The notes beneath the pieces were generated by a model that ran no database searches, was not told the DNA's origin, and saw only the letters and a list, made by a program, of their open reading frames with translations. From contig JAEEZZ010000139.1 in NCBI GenBank assembly GCA_016292255.1, positions 171 to 64,170 of the forward strand: 64,000 nt of DNA, written 5' to 3'. Source of the DNA: Oscillospiraceae bacterium. GTDB lineage: Bacteria; Bacillota; Clostridia; Oscillospirales; Oscillospiraceae. Each line of letters starts with the position of its first letter. Position 1 is the first letter of the stretch. Below are positions 1-8,227 of the stretch, piece by piece. The translations under genes and the position numbers were made by a program.

Positions 1-9
1 TTGGTATGA

Positions 10-1725
10 CTATGCCGTGGGAGTTTTCGGGACGTATTCGACGGATACGCCTCGACGGGTGTCGGATCTCACGTTCTGCTTGTGCTTCGGCAGTTCCGGG
101 AGTTCAATGTACCCGACGAAGCGGTAGTAGATCGCGACGCGCTGCGTGCGGTTTTTGCCGACGCCTTCCGTCTCGAACACGTCAATATGATCGATCAGCT
201 CCTGGAGCAGCGGACGGGAAAGCGTCTGCACCTGAAGGAAGCGACGAACCGCATTCACAAACGACTGCTGGCCGAGTTTGAGCGCGTCTGCCTGGGAAAG
301 CTGCCTGCGGAGCTGACTGATTTTGTTCTTCAGTTCCAGCCGCTCTGCCTCGTATTTCTGCGACATGTGCATGAACCACTCTTCTGAAACCTTGTTCTCC
401 GCGTAATCCTCATAGAGCCTTTCGTACAAGCCGGAGACTCGCTCGTTTCTGGCAGCAGCCTTGTTGATCTCATCCTGCAAATACTTCTGCTCCTTGAGAA
501 TATCGCCGTTCGTCTTTTTCGTCAGAATCTCAATGAAGGCGTCCTCGTCGTCCTGCAAAAAAGCGGCCAGGCGGCGCAGCTCCAGCATCACGACCTGCTC
601 CATGGCGTCAGCTCGGACGTAGTGTCTTGTCGGGCAGGTGCCGCGATAGTCCGAGGCGTAATTGGAACACGCAAAATAGTGAATCTCCTTGTTGATCGTG
701 TTCGTGTGATACCAGAGCTTTTCGTGGCAGTCACCGCAGAACAGAAAACCGGAAAGCAGGTGCTTTTCGCCGTCGTCGTTCTTTGGCGCGCGGCGTTTGG
801 ATTGGGCTTTGATCTCCTGCACTCGTTCAAAAACCTCGCGTTCGATGATCGGCTCATGAACGTCTTTGAAAATCACCCAGTTTTCGGGATCGTTGGCAAT
901 CCTTTTCTTATTGCGAAAGTTCTTGGAGTAGGTCTTGAAGTTGATAATATCGCCACAGTACGCTTGGTTTTGCAGGATGGCCCAGACCGAAACACCTTTC
1001 CACTTGCACGGGTCGCTCGGCGGCTTTTTCCCGCCGCGTCCGCTCCCACGCTCCCGCCAGTATGACGTTGGATTTACAATCTTGCGCTCTGACAGAATCC
1101 GTGCGATTTTCTCGTTTCCGTTTCCTTCCATACACAGCTTGAAGATCTCGCGCACGACCTCCGCTGCGCCGGGCTCAATGATCCACTTTTTCTTGTTCAG
1201 CGGGTCCTTGATATACCCATAGGGCGGCTGACTGAGCGGCTCTCCGCAGTTCCCGCGAATACGATGTGCCGAGCGTACCTTCTTGCTGATGTCGCGGGCG
1301 TACATCTCGTTCATGACGTTTTTGAACGGAGCAATTTCGTTTTCACCGTCATTGCTGTCAACCATGTCGTTTACAGCGATAAAGCGGACGTCGTGTTCGG
1401 GGAAGTAGTTGTCCATGTACATTCCGACGGTCGGCGCGTATCTGCCGAGACGGGACAGGTCTTTCACCATCACGGTTGTGATATAGCCCGCCTCTATGTC
1501 GTCCAGCATTTGCTGAAAACCGGGACGGTTGAAGTTGGTGCCGGTATATCCGTCGTCCACATAGCACCGTGTATTGCTCAGCCCGTACTCCTTTGCTTTC
1601 TTTTCGAGCATCCGTTTTTGATTGGCAATGGAGTTGCTTTCCACCTCAGCGCCGTCGTCACGGGACAGACGGCAGTAGAGCGCGGTTGTACCAGCGATTT
1701 TATTCAGTTTTGATTTCGACTGCAT
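10..1725 (-). CDS. Large serine recombinase (resolvase/invertase catalytic domain plus recombinase and zinc-ribbon-like regions)
   Basis: 571-aa ORF. The N-terminus ALYCRLSRDD...NQ...GYTGTNFNRPGF...VKDLSRLGR is typical of the resolvase catalytic domain of TnpX/TndX/Ccr-type large serine recombinases. The C-terminal half contains Cys pairs (FCGDCHEKL...FACSNY...GTCP) and a coiled coil. GGAGG lies upstream of the ATG. Confidence 0.9.
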   Translation of the reverse strand: MQSKSKLNKIAGTTALYCRLSRDDGAEVESNSIANQKRMLEKKAKEYGLSNTRCYVDDGYTGTNFNRPGFQQMLDDIEAGYITTVMVKDLSRLGRYAPTVGMYMDNYFPEHDVRFIAVNDMVDSNDGENEIAPFKNVMNEMYARDISKKVRSAHRIRGNCGEPLSQPPYGYIKDPLNKKKWIIEPGAAEVVREIFKLCMEGNGNEKIARILSERKIVNPTSYWRERGSGRGGKKPPSDPCKWKGVSVWAILQNQAYCGDIINFKTYSKNFRNKKRIANDPENWVIFKDVHEPIIEREVFERVQEIKAQSKRRAPKNDDGEKHLLSGFLFCGDCHEKLWYHTNTINKEIHYFACSNYASDYRGTCPTRHYVRADAMEQVVMLELRRLAAFLQDDEDAFIEILTKKTNGDILKEQKYLQDEINKAAARNERVSGLYERLYEDYAENKVSEEWFMHMSQKYEAERLELKNKISQLRRQLSQADALKLGQQSFVNAVRRFLQVQTLSRPLLQELIDHIDVFETEGVGKNRTQRVAIYYRFVGYIELPELPKHKQNVRSDTRRGVSVEYVPKTPTA

Positions 1726-1958
1726 GCGTCCTCCTTCCCGGCAGCCGAACGTACATATTCAGTGTCAATTATATCCGGGCTTGGTTCTGCTGTCAAATCT
1801 GCAAAGTCACTTCCAATAAAGGATTTCATTTTGTCTGCGAGCGTCTGTCGGTGCTTGCTTCCCGGCTCTGCAAAGTGAGACGTTACGATATACGTTACGC
1901 TTCCAATCTGATATGAGTGTTCTCCCGCACCGAGACCGATGATCCAGTTTCCTCCCAT
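1704..1958 (-). CDS. Small transposon-associated protein, TnpW-like
   Basis: 84-aa ORF immediately upstream of the recombinase, overlapping it by 22 nt. The motif IGSVTYIVTSHFAE...QTLADKMKSFI resembles the IGxTTYxVxxHFS...K(E)TLxDK core that I recall for the TnpW family. GAGGT lies upstream of the ATG. Confidence 0.5.
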   Translation of the reverse strand: MGGNWIIGLGAGEHSYQIGSVTYIVTSHFAEPGSKHRQTLADKMKSFIGSDFADLTAEPSPDIIDTEYVRSAAGKEDACSRNQN

Positions 1959-1963
1959 CCTGC

Positions 1964-2989
1964 TTACCTCGCATTCATATCACGTTGACGTTCTTTCCTT
2001 TGGAGCTCCTGCTGTTTTTGCTTTTCGAGGGCTCCAAGGATAGCTTTGATGATCTGCTCCGGCGTGTAGGACGGCGGGAAGTACTTTGTCAGATCCTCCC
2101 GCCGGATCGACACCTTTTCGATCTGATTCGGCTTCTGCTCGTCCATGATTGCCGCAACGTCATCGTAAGAAATACTGCCGTCTTTTGCGACGATCTCACG
2201 GATGCGGCGCGTCTGCGCGTGGGACGGAAAGATCGTCTTGCCGCTGTCGTCGATTCGGTCAACGATACAGCGCTGGGTTTCTTCGTCGAGATAAGACATC
2301 TCGACGGCGGGGCGCATCCCGATCTTGCCCTCGTCAACGAACTGCAAAAGCTCGGAGACAAGATAGGTCAGACGAATATAGCGGTCAATCTGCGCTCTGC
2401 TCTCCCCAGCTTCTTTGGCGATGATTTCGCTCGAACGTTTTTGTGTCTCCACTGGAGACACATTTTCAGCGGGTTTTCTGCCGGGCATTCTTTTGATCGC
2501 GTCCATCTTCATTTTGTACGCAAACGCTTTCTCGGACGGGAGCAACTCGGTGCGCTGGCAGTTGGAGTCCACCATCATCACGGTTGCGGCGTCGCGGTCG
2601 ACGTAGTGGACGGTACACGGCACTTTCTTCATGCCGAGCTTCTGCGCGGCAAAGAAGCGCCGATGCCCGGAAATGATCTCATACCTGCCATCCTTGCTTT
2701 CCAGCGGACGGACAAGCAGCGGGTTCAAAATCCCGTGAACGCGGATGCTGTCGATCAGCTCGGTCATGCTGTCGTTCTCGATCACCTTGTACGGATGTTC
2801 CTTGAACGGCTCCAAATCCTCCAGCTTGATGATCAGCGACTTTGCTTTCGGCGCGGCAGCCTCCGGCTTTGCTTCGGCGACGTTGACCTTGATTTCGGTA
2901 TCGGTCACGGTAGCGTCTTTCTTGTCAATTACAACGCTGTCCTTCTTCTTTGCGGCCTTTTTGGCCGCTTCTTTGGTTTCCATCTTCAT
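1964..2989 (-). CDS. ParB/Srx-like nuclease-domain protein
   Basis: 341-aa ORF. LEDLEPFKEHPYKV...LIDSIRVHGILNPLLVRP...YEIISGHRRFFAAQKLG is a classic ParB N-terminal box. GGAGG lies 8 nt upstream of the ATG. This gene type is common in Clostridial mobilizable elements. Confidence 0.8.
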   Translation of the reverse strand: MKMETKEAAKKAAKKKDSVVIDKKDATVTDTEIKVNVAEAKPEAAAPKAKSLIIKLEDLEPFKEHPYKVIENDSMTELIDSIRVHGILNPLLVRPLESKDGRYEIISGHRRFFAAQKLGMKKVPCTVHYVDRDAATVMMVDSNCQRTELLPSEKAFAYKMKMDAIKRMPGRKPAENVSPVETQKRSSEIIAKEAGESRAQIDRYIRLTYLVSELLQFVDEGKIGMRPAVEMSYLDEETQRCIVDRIDDSGKTIFPSHAQTRRIREIVAKDGSISYDDVAAIMDEQKPNQIEKVSIRREDLTKYFPPSYTPEQIIKAILGALEKQKQQELQRKERQRDMNAR

Positions 2990-3083
2990 GGGAAAACCTC
3001 CTTCAAAACATATTTTTGCTGTTTTTACAGAGGTGCAGAAAAATATATGTCAGGCCAACAGCGGGCCGTAATTGTCACGTTGA

Positions 3084-4748
3084 TTATCGTTCAATGTCTT
3101 CTCTGTGCTTGATTAAAGTTGGTTGCCTGGATTTTTGCTTCGGGAATACGATCTGCGCGTCTGCTTCTTCGCCCAAAAGTGCCGCGGCGTTTTTCTGGCT
3201 GGCTTGGAGGCAATCCATATCGCAGATCCAGTGTTGCTTTTCAATGACGTCATACGCTTCCGCGTATTTCTCCGGGCGCAGCCGCAAGCGCTCGTTGCGC
3301 AGCTTCTCTTGATCGAGGGAAGCTGCCTCTTTTTCCTTTGCCTTGAAGGTTTCAACGGCTTCGTCGATTGCGTCGTCAAGCTGTTTGCTCAATGCTTCCA
3401 GTTGTCCCAAGCGCTCCTCCGCCGTTTTGATTCGCTGTTGTGCAAATGCAACGGAGCTGCCGGCAAGCTGGCTCAAACGGTCGTGTTCCGTCATCCACTC
3501 GGAAATCTCTTCTGTCAGGCCGAAAAGCTGTGTTTCAATTGCCTTACGCCGTTTCTTGAATAGGCCGGGCGTGTGTTGCAGTTCTTTTTCAAGGGCTGCC
3601 TTTTCGTTCTGCTTTTGGGCGAGCGTATCAATGGTCGGCTGGATATACGGAAGGGCTTTCTTCATTTTGGCGATCTCGTCCCGCTGCTCGTCTATTCTGA
3701 CCTTGTTGTATTTCCAGTCGTACAGGAGAACAAGCAGCCGCACACGAATTGTCTCCAACACGTTTGCGATTACGGGGATCAGAAGTACGACGGCTTTTGT
3801 CAGCAAGACGACCGTTTCCGCCCAATACGCCAGGGCGCTGTTGTCCTTGAAGATCCTGCGGTTCAGCTCGCAACGGTCAGACCGCCTGCCCTTGCGCTCC
3901 ATACGGATTGCAAATACGCCCTCATGGATCGTCGGCTGACGGTCAATTTCCTGATCCTTGAAGCTGCGGTGATCCACGCGAACGTCGAACCCGGCCAGCT
4001 CCAAATGCTTGTTGATCGCCTCCGCCCACGTTTTGCGCCAGACGGTCAATTGCTCCGGGCTGTTCCAGCGCCGGGAGATCGGATTCTGCCTGCCGCGTGG
4101 CGTGCTTTTGGGGTGCTTGGATAAGCGTTCGTATCCTGCGGCCTGCGAGGGCGGCAGATACCGACGCAGACCGCCGACGCGGTAAAGATACTGCTTTTCC
4201 CATCCGTCCTTTTGCACGGAGCGGTATTCTGCCGCGGTGAAGCCCTGTTCAATTCCGTCCTTCACACACAGGTATTCCTTTTCGGTCTTGGCCTGCCAGC
4301 TTCCGTTTTGGTTCAGCGGGCGGATCGTGAGAAGAATATGTGCGTGCGGATTATGGCTGTCACCGTCGTGAATACAGACGTCGGCACACATTCCGTCGGA
4401 GACGAACTGCGCTTGCACGTATTCTTCAAGCAGTCGGACGTTCTGCGAAAGGGTCAGTTCCATCGGAAGCGCCACAATGATCTCGCGGGCAAGGCGGCTG
4501 TCCCTGGTTTTCTCGGCTGCCTCGACGACGTTCCACAGTACCGCGCGATCCTTCCACGCGGGCGGCGCGTGCGCCGGGAGAAAGACGCGCTCGTATTTCA
4601 AGCCGCGCTTGCGAGAATAATCGTGCGGAAGGCCGTCATAGTCGTTGTAGATAAAAGAACAACTGATATAGGCTGCTGCCGCCACAACAGAGCGGCCTTC
4701 TCCTCTTGTGACAGGTTTTGCTTCTAAATGAAATATCGCGATAAACAT
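3084..4748 (-). CDS. MobA/MobL-family (MOBQ) conjugative relaxase
   Basis: 554-aa ORF. The N-terminus (A)IFHLEAKPVTRGEGRSVVAAAAYIS...REIIVALPMEL...NPHAHILLTIRP carries the catalytic Tyr region and the HxH histidine triad of MobA/MobL relaxases. The C-terminus is coiled-coil. Confidence 0.9.
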   Translation of the reverse strand: MFIAIFHLEAKPVTRGEGRSVVAAAAYISCSFIYNDYDGLPHDYSRKRGLKYERVFLPAHAPPAWKDRAVLWNVVEAAEKTRDSRLAREIIVALPMELTLSQNVRLLEEYVQAQFVSDGMCADVCIHDGDSHNPHAHILLTIRPLNQNGSWQAKTEKEYLCVKDGIEQGFTAAEYRSVQKDGWEKQYLYRVGGLRRYLPPSQAAGYERLSKHPKSTPRGRQNPISRRWNSPEQLTVWRKTWAEAINKHLELAGFDVRVDHRSFKDQEIDRQPTIHEGVFAIRMERKGRRSDRCELNRRIFKDNSALAYWAETVVLLTKAVVLLIPVIANVLETIRVRLLVLLYDWKYNKVRIDEQRDEIAKMKKALPYIQPTIDTLAQKQNEKAALEKELQHTPGLFKKRRKAIETQLFGLTEEISEWMTEHDRLSQLAGSSVAFAQQRIKTAEERLGQLEALSKQLDDAIDEAVETFKAKEKEAASLDQEKLRNERLRLRPEKYAEAYDVIEKQHWICDMDCLQASQKNAAALLGEEADAQIVFPKQKSRQPTLIKHREDIER

Positions 4749-4796
4749 TACCTCCGTTCGGGATCGCGATCATTGTTCCGGCTCTCCGCAGGAGCG

Positions 4797-4834
4797 CACG
4801 ACCGCCGCTTCGCGGTGGTGAGTAAGTGCGCCCT
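4797..4834 (+). other. Candidate oriT: imperfect inverted repeat followed by a MOBQ nic-core sequence
   Basis: Inverted repeat CACGACCGC (4797-4805) / GCGGTGGTG (4812-4820), 8 of 9 bases complementary. It is immediately followed by AGTAAGTGCGCCCT (4821-4834). TAAGTGCGCCCT is the conserved nic-region core of MOBQ oriTs (RSF1010/R1162 type and pIP501 type), recalled from the literature. It sits in the 100-bp gap between the DUF3847 gene and the relaxase gene. Confidence 0.7.
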
Positions 4835-4849
4835 TCGGGAAAAGCCTCG

Positions 4850-5065
4850 TCAGTCCTGCGTCGTTCTTCTGGAAATGGCGAACAGCTTTGCCTCCAGCTC
4901 CGCGAGATTATCCAGGCCTGCCGCCCAGGGAAAGACCTTCTCCAGGATGGCTCCCTCCTGGATCAGCCGCCGCGTCCGCGCCTTGTGTTCCTTCGAGCGA
5001 TTCCGCATCTGTGCTTCTTCCAACCTGTGTTTTGCCTGCAAGAGCTTCTTTTCTTCGTCTGTCAT
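4850..5065 (-). CDS. DUF3847-like small coiled-coil protein (relaxase accessory candidate)
   Basis: 71-aa ORF. MTDEEKKLL...KEHKARTRRLIQEGAILEKVFP matches the ...R(K)ERTRRLIERGAILE signature I recall for DUF3847, which is usually found directly upstream of MobA/MobL genes in Clostridia. AGGAGG lies 8 nt upstream of the ATG. Confidence 0.7.
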   Translation of the reverse strand: MTDEEKKLLQAKHRLEEAQMRNRSKEHKARTRRLIQEGAILEKVFPWAAGLDNLAELEAKLFAISRRTTQD

Positions 5066-5127
5066 TTCAGATTCCTCCTTTCTGCCTTTCGGCGTTTTTC
5101 AACATTCGGATCGGCCTGCAAAAAAGA

Positions 5128-5427
5128 TCCCCTCATAAGGTAGCCAGCGAAAAAGACCAAAAATCACCCGTTTTCCGAAATGTTTACAAAAAATTTACTT
5201 TTACCGATAAAAAGGAATCAGTCGAGAACGGCCACAACTAAGCTGTGAGAAAAAGTCTCCTCATAAGGTAGGCAGCGAGAATGGCTCATAATTAACCTTT
5301 TTCGTAATTGTTTTCAAAAAGTTTACATTTCTCAAAAAGATTTCTCTATAATGTAGCAATCGAAGAAGGGGAAAAAGGGCAACCTCAAAATAAAAATTGA
5401 AAACACTCCCTCAAAAGGTAGCCAGCA
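5128..5427 (+). repeat. Three dispersed imperfect direct repeats (about 22-bp box, each followed by a similar A/T-rich tract)
   Basis: TCCCCTCATAAGGTAGCCAGCGA (5128-5150), TCTCCTCATAAGGTAGGCAGCGA (5256-5278) and CTCCCTCAAAAGGTAGCCAGCA (5406-5427). Each is followed about 35-45 nt later by a related tract (TTCCGAAATGTTTACAAAAAATTTAC / TAATTGTTTTCAAAAAGTTTACAT / TTTCCAAAAACGTCAAAAAGTTATTC). Spacing is 128 and 150 bp. Confidence 0.7.
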
Positions 5428-5638
5428 CAAAAGGCAAAAAAGTATCATCTTTCCAAAAACGTCAAAAAGTTATTCGTCGCTTTATAGCAGAAAAGCCTCC
5501 CAATTATTCGGGAGGCAATGAGATATTTCGTCGCATTTCTGCAATTAAGAATTATCCTGCGTTGTCGATGATGGAAAACACTAAATAATGCATATTTGTC
5601 AGCTTTCGCTCCCGCTTGCAATTCGCACGAGCCAATTA

Positions 5639-6610
5639 TTAACGTTGCTTCTTAAGCGAACTCTTTGCAAATAATAATAAAGCAAATTTGATCAGCAGCC
5701 ACAGCAGAAGAATATTTGAAAGGGTTAAAATGCACTGCCAAGCACAGAGCTTTCGCTCTGCGAGGCGGGCGGCCTGCTCCCAGGGTGGGAAGGGCGGCGT
5801 CGCTTCCGGCGGTGCTTGAAAGAAGGACTTTGCTTTCTTCCATAGGCGGGACAGACGGAAGCGGCCCGTAGAGCTCGTGACAACCTGCCCCGTTGCGTTT
5901 TGGAGGCGCTGCGCGGCGTAGCCGCCGTAATACTCCGGCAGCACGGCTTCATAGAAGCTCACCTCTGCGTCCTCCGTAATCGGTAGATAGATTCGCGGCG
6001 TATTGCCGAAAGCGGATTTATTTGCCGCGTCGTCCGGCTCCTTCAGTACGGCGATCACGCGCCGCCCGGCATCGTTGATTTGCACGTACTCTCCAAGACA
6101 GTGAAAGGAGCCGAAGAGCGCATAGGCCGCCGCCTCGTTCAGGATTGCCTCGGTACCGTCGGAAGCGAAGCTCGCGGCGCCTCCCTCCGTCATGGGGAAG
6201 GAGTGCAGCGTAAAAAAATCCTTTGATACGTACCACAGCTCCGTCTCCGCTGTACGACGCTCGTAGGCGGCGAGACCGGAGCTTTTTGTACCCCAGGCTG
6301 TGACAAAGGGCGGGATTTCTTCCGTTGGGAAGGCAGCGCGGAGTTCAGTTGTCAACGTTTCTGCCTGGGAGACGTCCATTTCGCCCTCGTTCCAGAAGAC
6401 GGAAACCTGAGAATAGGTCTGCTCCGACGCCCCCCGCCAACGTTCTGCCTCGTATTGGAGCGTCTGGCTTGATAGGATGGCGTGAATGGAACGGATGGAG
6501 AAAAGGAGTACGACTGCGAGCAACAGCGTAACGACAATGCTTATTCTCTGCATCCCTGCGGCCGGTTCCTTGGGCGGGCGGCCGACCGCCCCTACAGTAC
6601 TGCTGCGCAT
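5639..6610 (-). CDS. MacB/FtsX-type ABC permease-like protein (N-terminal TM plus periplasmic core domain plus a single further TM). Apparently truncated.
   Basis: 323-aa ORF whose ATG is 3 nt after the HlyD stop. It has an N-terminal TM (ISIVVTLLLAVVLLF) and a MacB_PCD-like region (AILNEAAAYALFGSFHCLGEYVQINDAGRRVIAVLKEP...RIYLPI). Only one more TM follows, and the usual FtsX TM2-4 bundle is missing. The last 30 or so codons lie in AT-rich DNA continuous with the mobile-element tail. Confidence 0.6.
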   Translation of the reverse strand: MRSSTVGAVGRPPKEPAAGMQRISIVVTLLLAVVLLFSIRSIHAILSSQTLQYEAERWRGASEQTYSQVSVFWNEGEMDVSQAETLTTELRAAFPTEEIPPFVTAWGTKSSGLAAYERRTAETELWYVSKDFFTLHSFPMTEGGAASFASDGTEAILNEAAAYALFGSFHCLGEYVQINDAGRRVIAVLKEPDDAANKSAFGNTPRIYLPITEDAEVSFYEAVLPEYYGGYAAQRLQNATGQVVTSSTGRFRLSRLWKKAKSFFQAPPEATPPFPPWEQAARLAERKLCAWQCILTLSNILLLWLLIKFALLLFAKSSLKKQR

Positions 6611-6613
6611 GAC

Positions 6614-8227
6614 TCAATCTCCGAAGCGCACGGCCTGGCCGTCGGACAGCGGCACGCTGGACAGGATCACAACGTAGTCCCGTGCGGTCAACTCCCCGCT
6701 GATAGCGCTATAGCTGTCATCCTGCCGTATGAGCTCCACGTCCACGCGGCGTACCTTAGATCTGGAGCCGAGCGGCGTAGTTTTTGTTTCCACTGCGTAG
6801 ACGAATGACCCGATGGAATCCTTGTAGAGCGCTGCATTGGGGACGACCAGATCGTGCTTGGTGGTTTTCAGCGCCACAGTTAACGTCAGATACTGTCCCG
6901 GTGCCGCGTTTGACCCGGTGATCGCAAAACAGAGGGTCTTCCGATTCGCGGGATCCGTTTGATCCGCCTCAATCGCGGTCAAAACAGCCTTGCTTCCGCC
7001 GCCGGATTGGTTCGTGATCCGAGCCTCATCACCAACCGTCAGCAGCGCGGCGTCCACGAGCGGAACGGAGCAGCGCAGGGTGAAGGCCTCCGTGCTTTGC
7101 AGACAGGCGAGCGTTTCGCCTGCCTCAAACGAATCCGATTCAAGCAGACTGCCAATGATTCCGTCAGACGCAACGCATACGTCCGTTTCCCCGAGCTTCG
7201 CCTCCAGTTCGGCAAGCTCCTGCCGCGTCTTCCCGATCCGCGTTTCCAACTCCGCAAGCCGCGCTGCTGTCAGCTCATCCTGTATCGCCGCGTTCTGCTG
7301 CCGTTCATAATAGGCGGCAAGGGCGCTTTTAGCGGACAGCACCGCGTTCTCGCAGGCTGTTTCATCGGTACAGCCGACGTATTCCATTTCCAGCGCCGAA
7401 ATCTGCGCGTTCAAGGACTCCGCGTCCTGCTGCGCCGCGTCCAGCGCAGGCTTATGCTGTGATACGAGTTCTTGCAGAAGGGTATCCGCTTCGTAGCAAC
7501 GGTTCTGGGAGGCCAAGACCGCTGCGTTTGCGGCGTCCAGGGCTGCCCTTGCATCGGCGCAGGCCTCCGATTCTGGATTCACGGAAGCTTGATAGTTGTA
7601 ATTTGCCTGTGCGTTTTCCTGTTTCCGCTGTGCGGCAAGCAAATCCTCGCGTGCAGTATCAGCCTCCGCCGCAGCAGCATCCACGGCTGCGTGATAGGCG
7701 TCCTGCGCTTGCAACAGCGAATCATTCGCCGCGGAAAGCTGCTCGTTGAGCGCGTTCCGCTTTTCCGTGTATTCCTCGCAGCGAGCCTGCCGCTGCTTCG
7801 CGTCCTCCAGATTGTTCCGCATGATCTGATACTCCGTCCATGCGGAGGCGTCGGAGGTAAGAGACGCGTTCAGCACGGCCTCGGCATAGGCTTTTTCCTG
7901 CTGCTCCAGCTCGGCCTGCTTTGCTGCCAGGCTGCCGTCGTCCCGGTATTCCAGCTTCAGAATCACGTTCCCTGCTTTGACCGCTTCACCCGGCGCGGCA
8001 AATCGCGCAAGCACGGTGCCTTTGTGCTGTGCTGTTAATTCTGTCATGGCTCCGGCCTCCGTCAGACCGGCTCCGCTCACCACTGGGGTGATGGCGCCGG
8101 CGGTAACGGGCTTGGTCGTGACCTGCGGCAGGGTCCAATTTCGGATCGTGCCGGAAAAGAAGGTCAGGAGCAGCATCATGGCGAAAAACACAACGGCTGC
8201 TTTTTTCACCCAGGTTCGTTGTTTCAT
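6614..8227 (-). CDS. HlyD-family periplasmic adaptor / membrane-fusion protein with a very long coiled coil
   Basis: I used the internal start MKQRTWVKKAAVVFFAMMLLL (ATG at 8227), which forms an ATGA overlap with the upstream permease stop. The protein has an N-terminal TM, a lipoyl-like hairpin (VLARFAAPGEAVKAGNVILKLE), a roughly 280-aa Ala/Gln/Glu-rich coiled coil and a C-terminal beta-barrel-like region (DLVVPNAALYKD...). The 93-aa N-terminal extension in the track overlaps the permease gene and I rejected it. Confidence 0.8.
   Translation of the reverse strand: MKQRTWVKKAAVVFFAMMLLLTFFSGTIRNWTLPQVTTKPVTAGAITPVVSGAGLTEAGAMTELTAQHKGTVLARFAAPGEAVKAGNVILKLEYRDDGSLAAKQAELEQQEKAYAEAVLNASLTSDASAWTEYQIMRNNLEDAKQRQARCEEYTEKRNALNEQLSAANDSLLQAQDAYHAAVDAAAAEADTAREDLLAAQRKQENAQANYNYQASVNPESEACADARAALDAANAAVLASQNRCYEADTLLQELVSQHKPALDAAQQDAESLNAQISALEMEYVGCTDETACENAVLSAKSALAAYYERQQNAAIQDELTAARLAELETRIGKTRQELAELEAKLGETDVCVASDGIIGSLLESDSFEAGETLACLQSTEAFTLRCSVPLVDAALLTVGDEARITNQSGGGSKAVLTAIEADQTDPANRKTLCFAITGSNAAPGQYLTLTVALKTTKHDLVVPNAALYKDSIGSFVYAVETKTTPLGSRSKVRRVDVELIRQDDSYSAISGELTARDYVVILSSVPLSDGQAVRFGD

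Larger units (their letters stand above)
1..5745. mobile_element. Integrative mobilizable element (IME), partial. One end lies in the window; the other end is off the left edge or right at it.
   Basis: Co-directional minus-strand set: DUF3847, MobA/MobL relaxase, ParB-like, TnpW-like, large serine recombinase, plus a MOBQ oriT core. Base composition is visibly lower in GC than the flanking chromosome, and 5066-5740 is strongly AT-rich. The right boundary is estimated only from the composition shift near 5735-5760. Confidence 0.7.

Noticed and set aside
5397-5588. 63-aa Lys-rich plus-strand ORF in the AT-rich element tail
   Set aside because: It has no SD, a non-ATG start and a low-complexity basic sequence. 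It overlaps repeat unit 3, so it is most likely non-coding.
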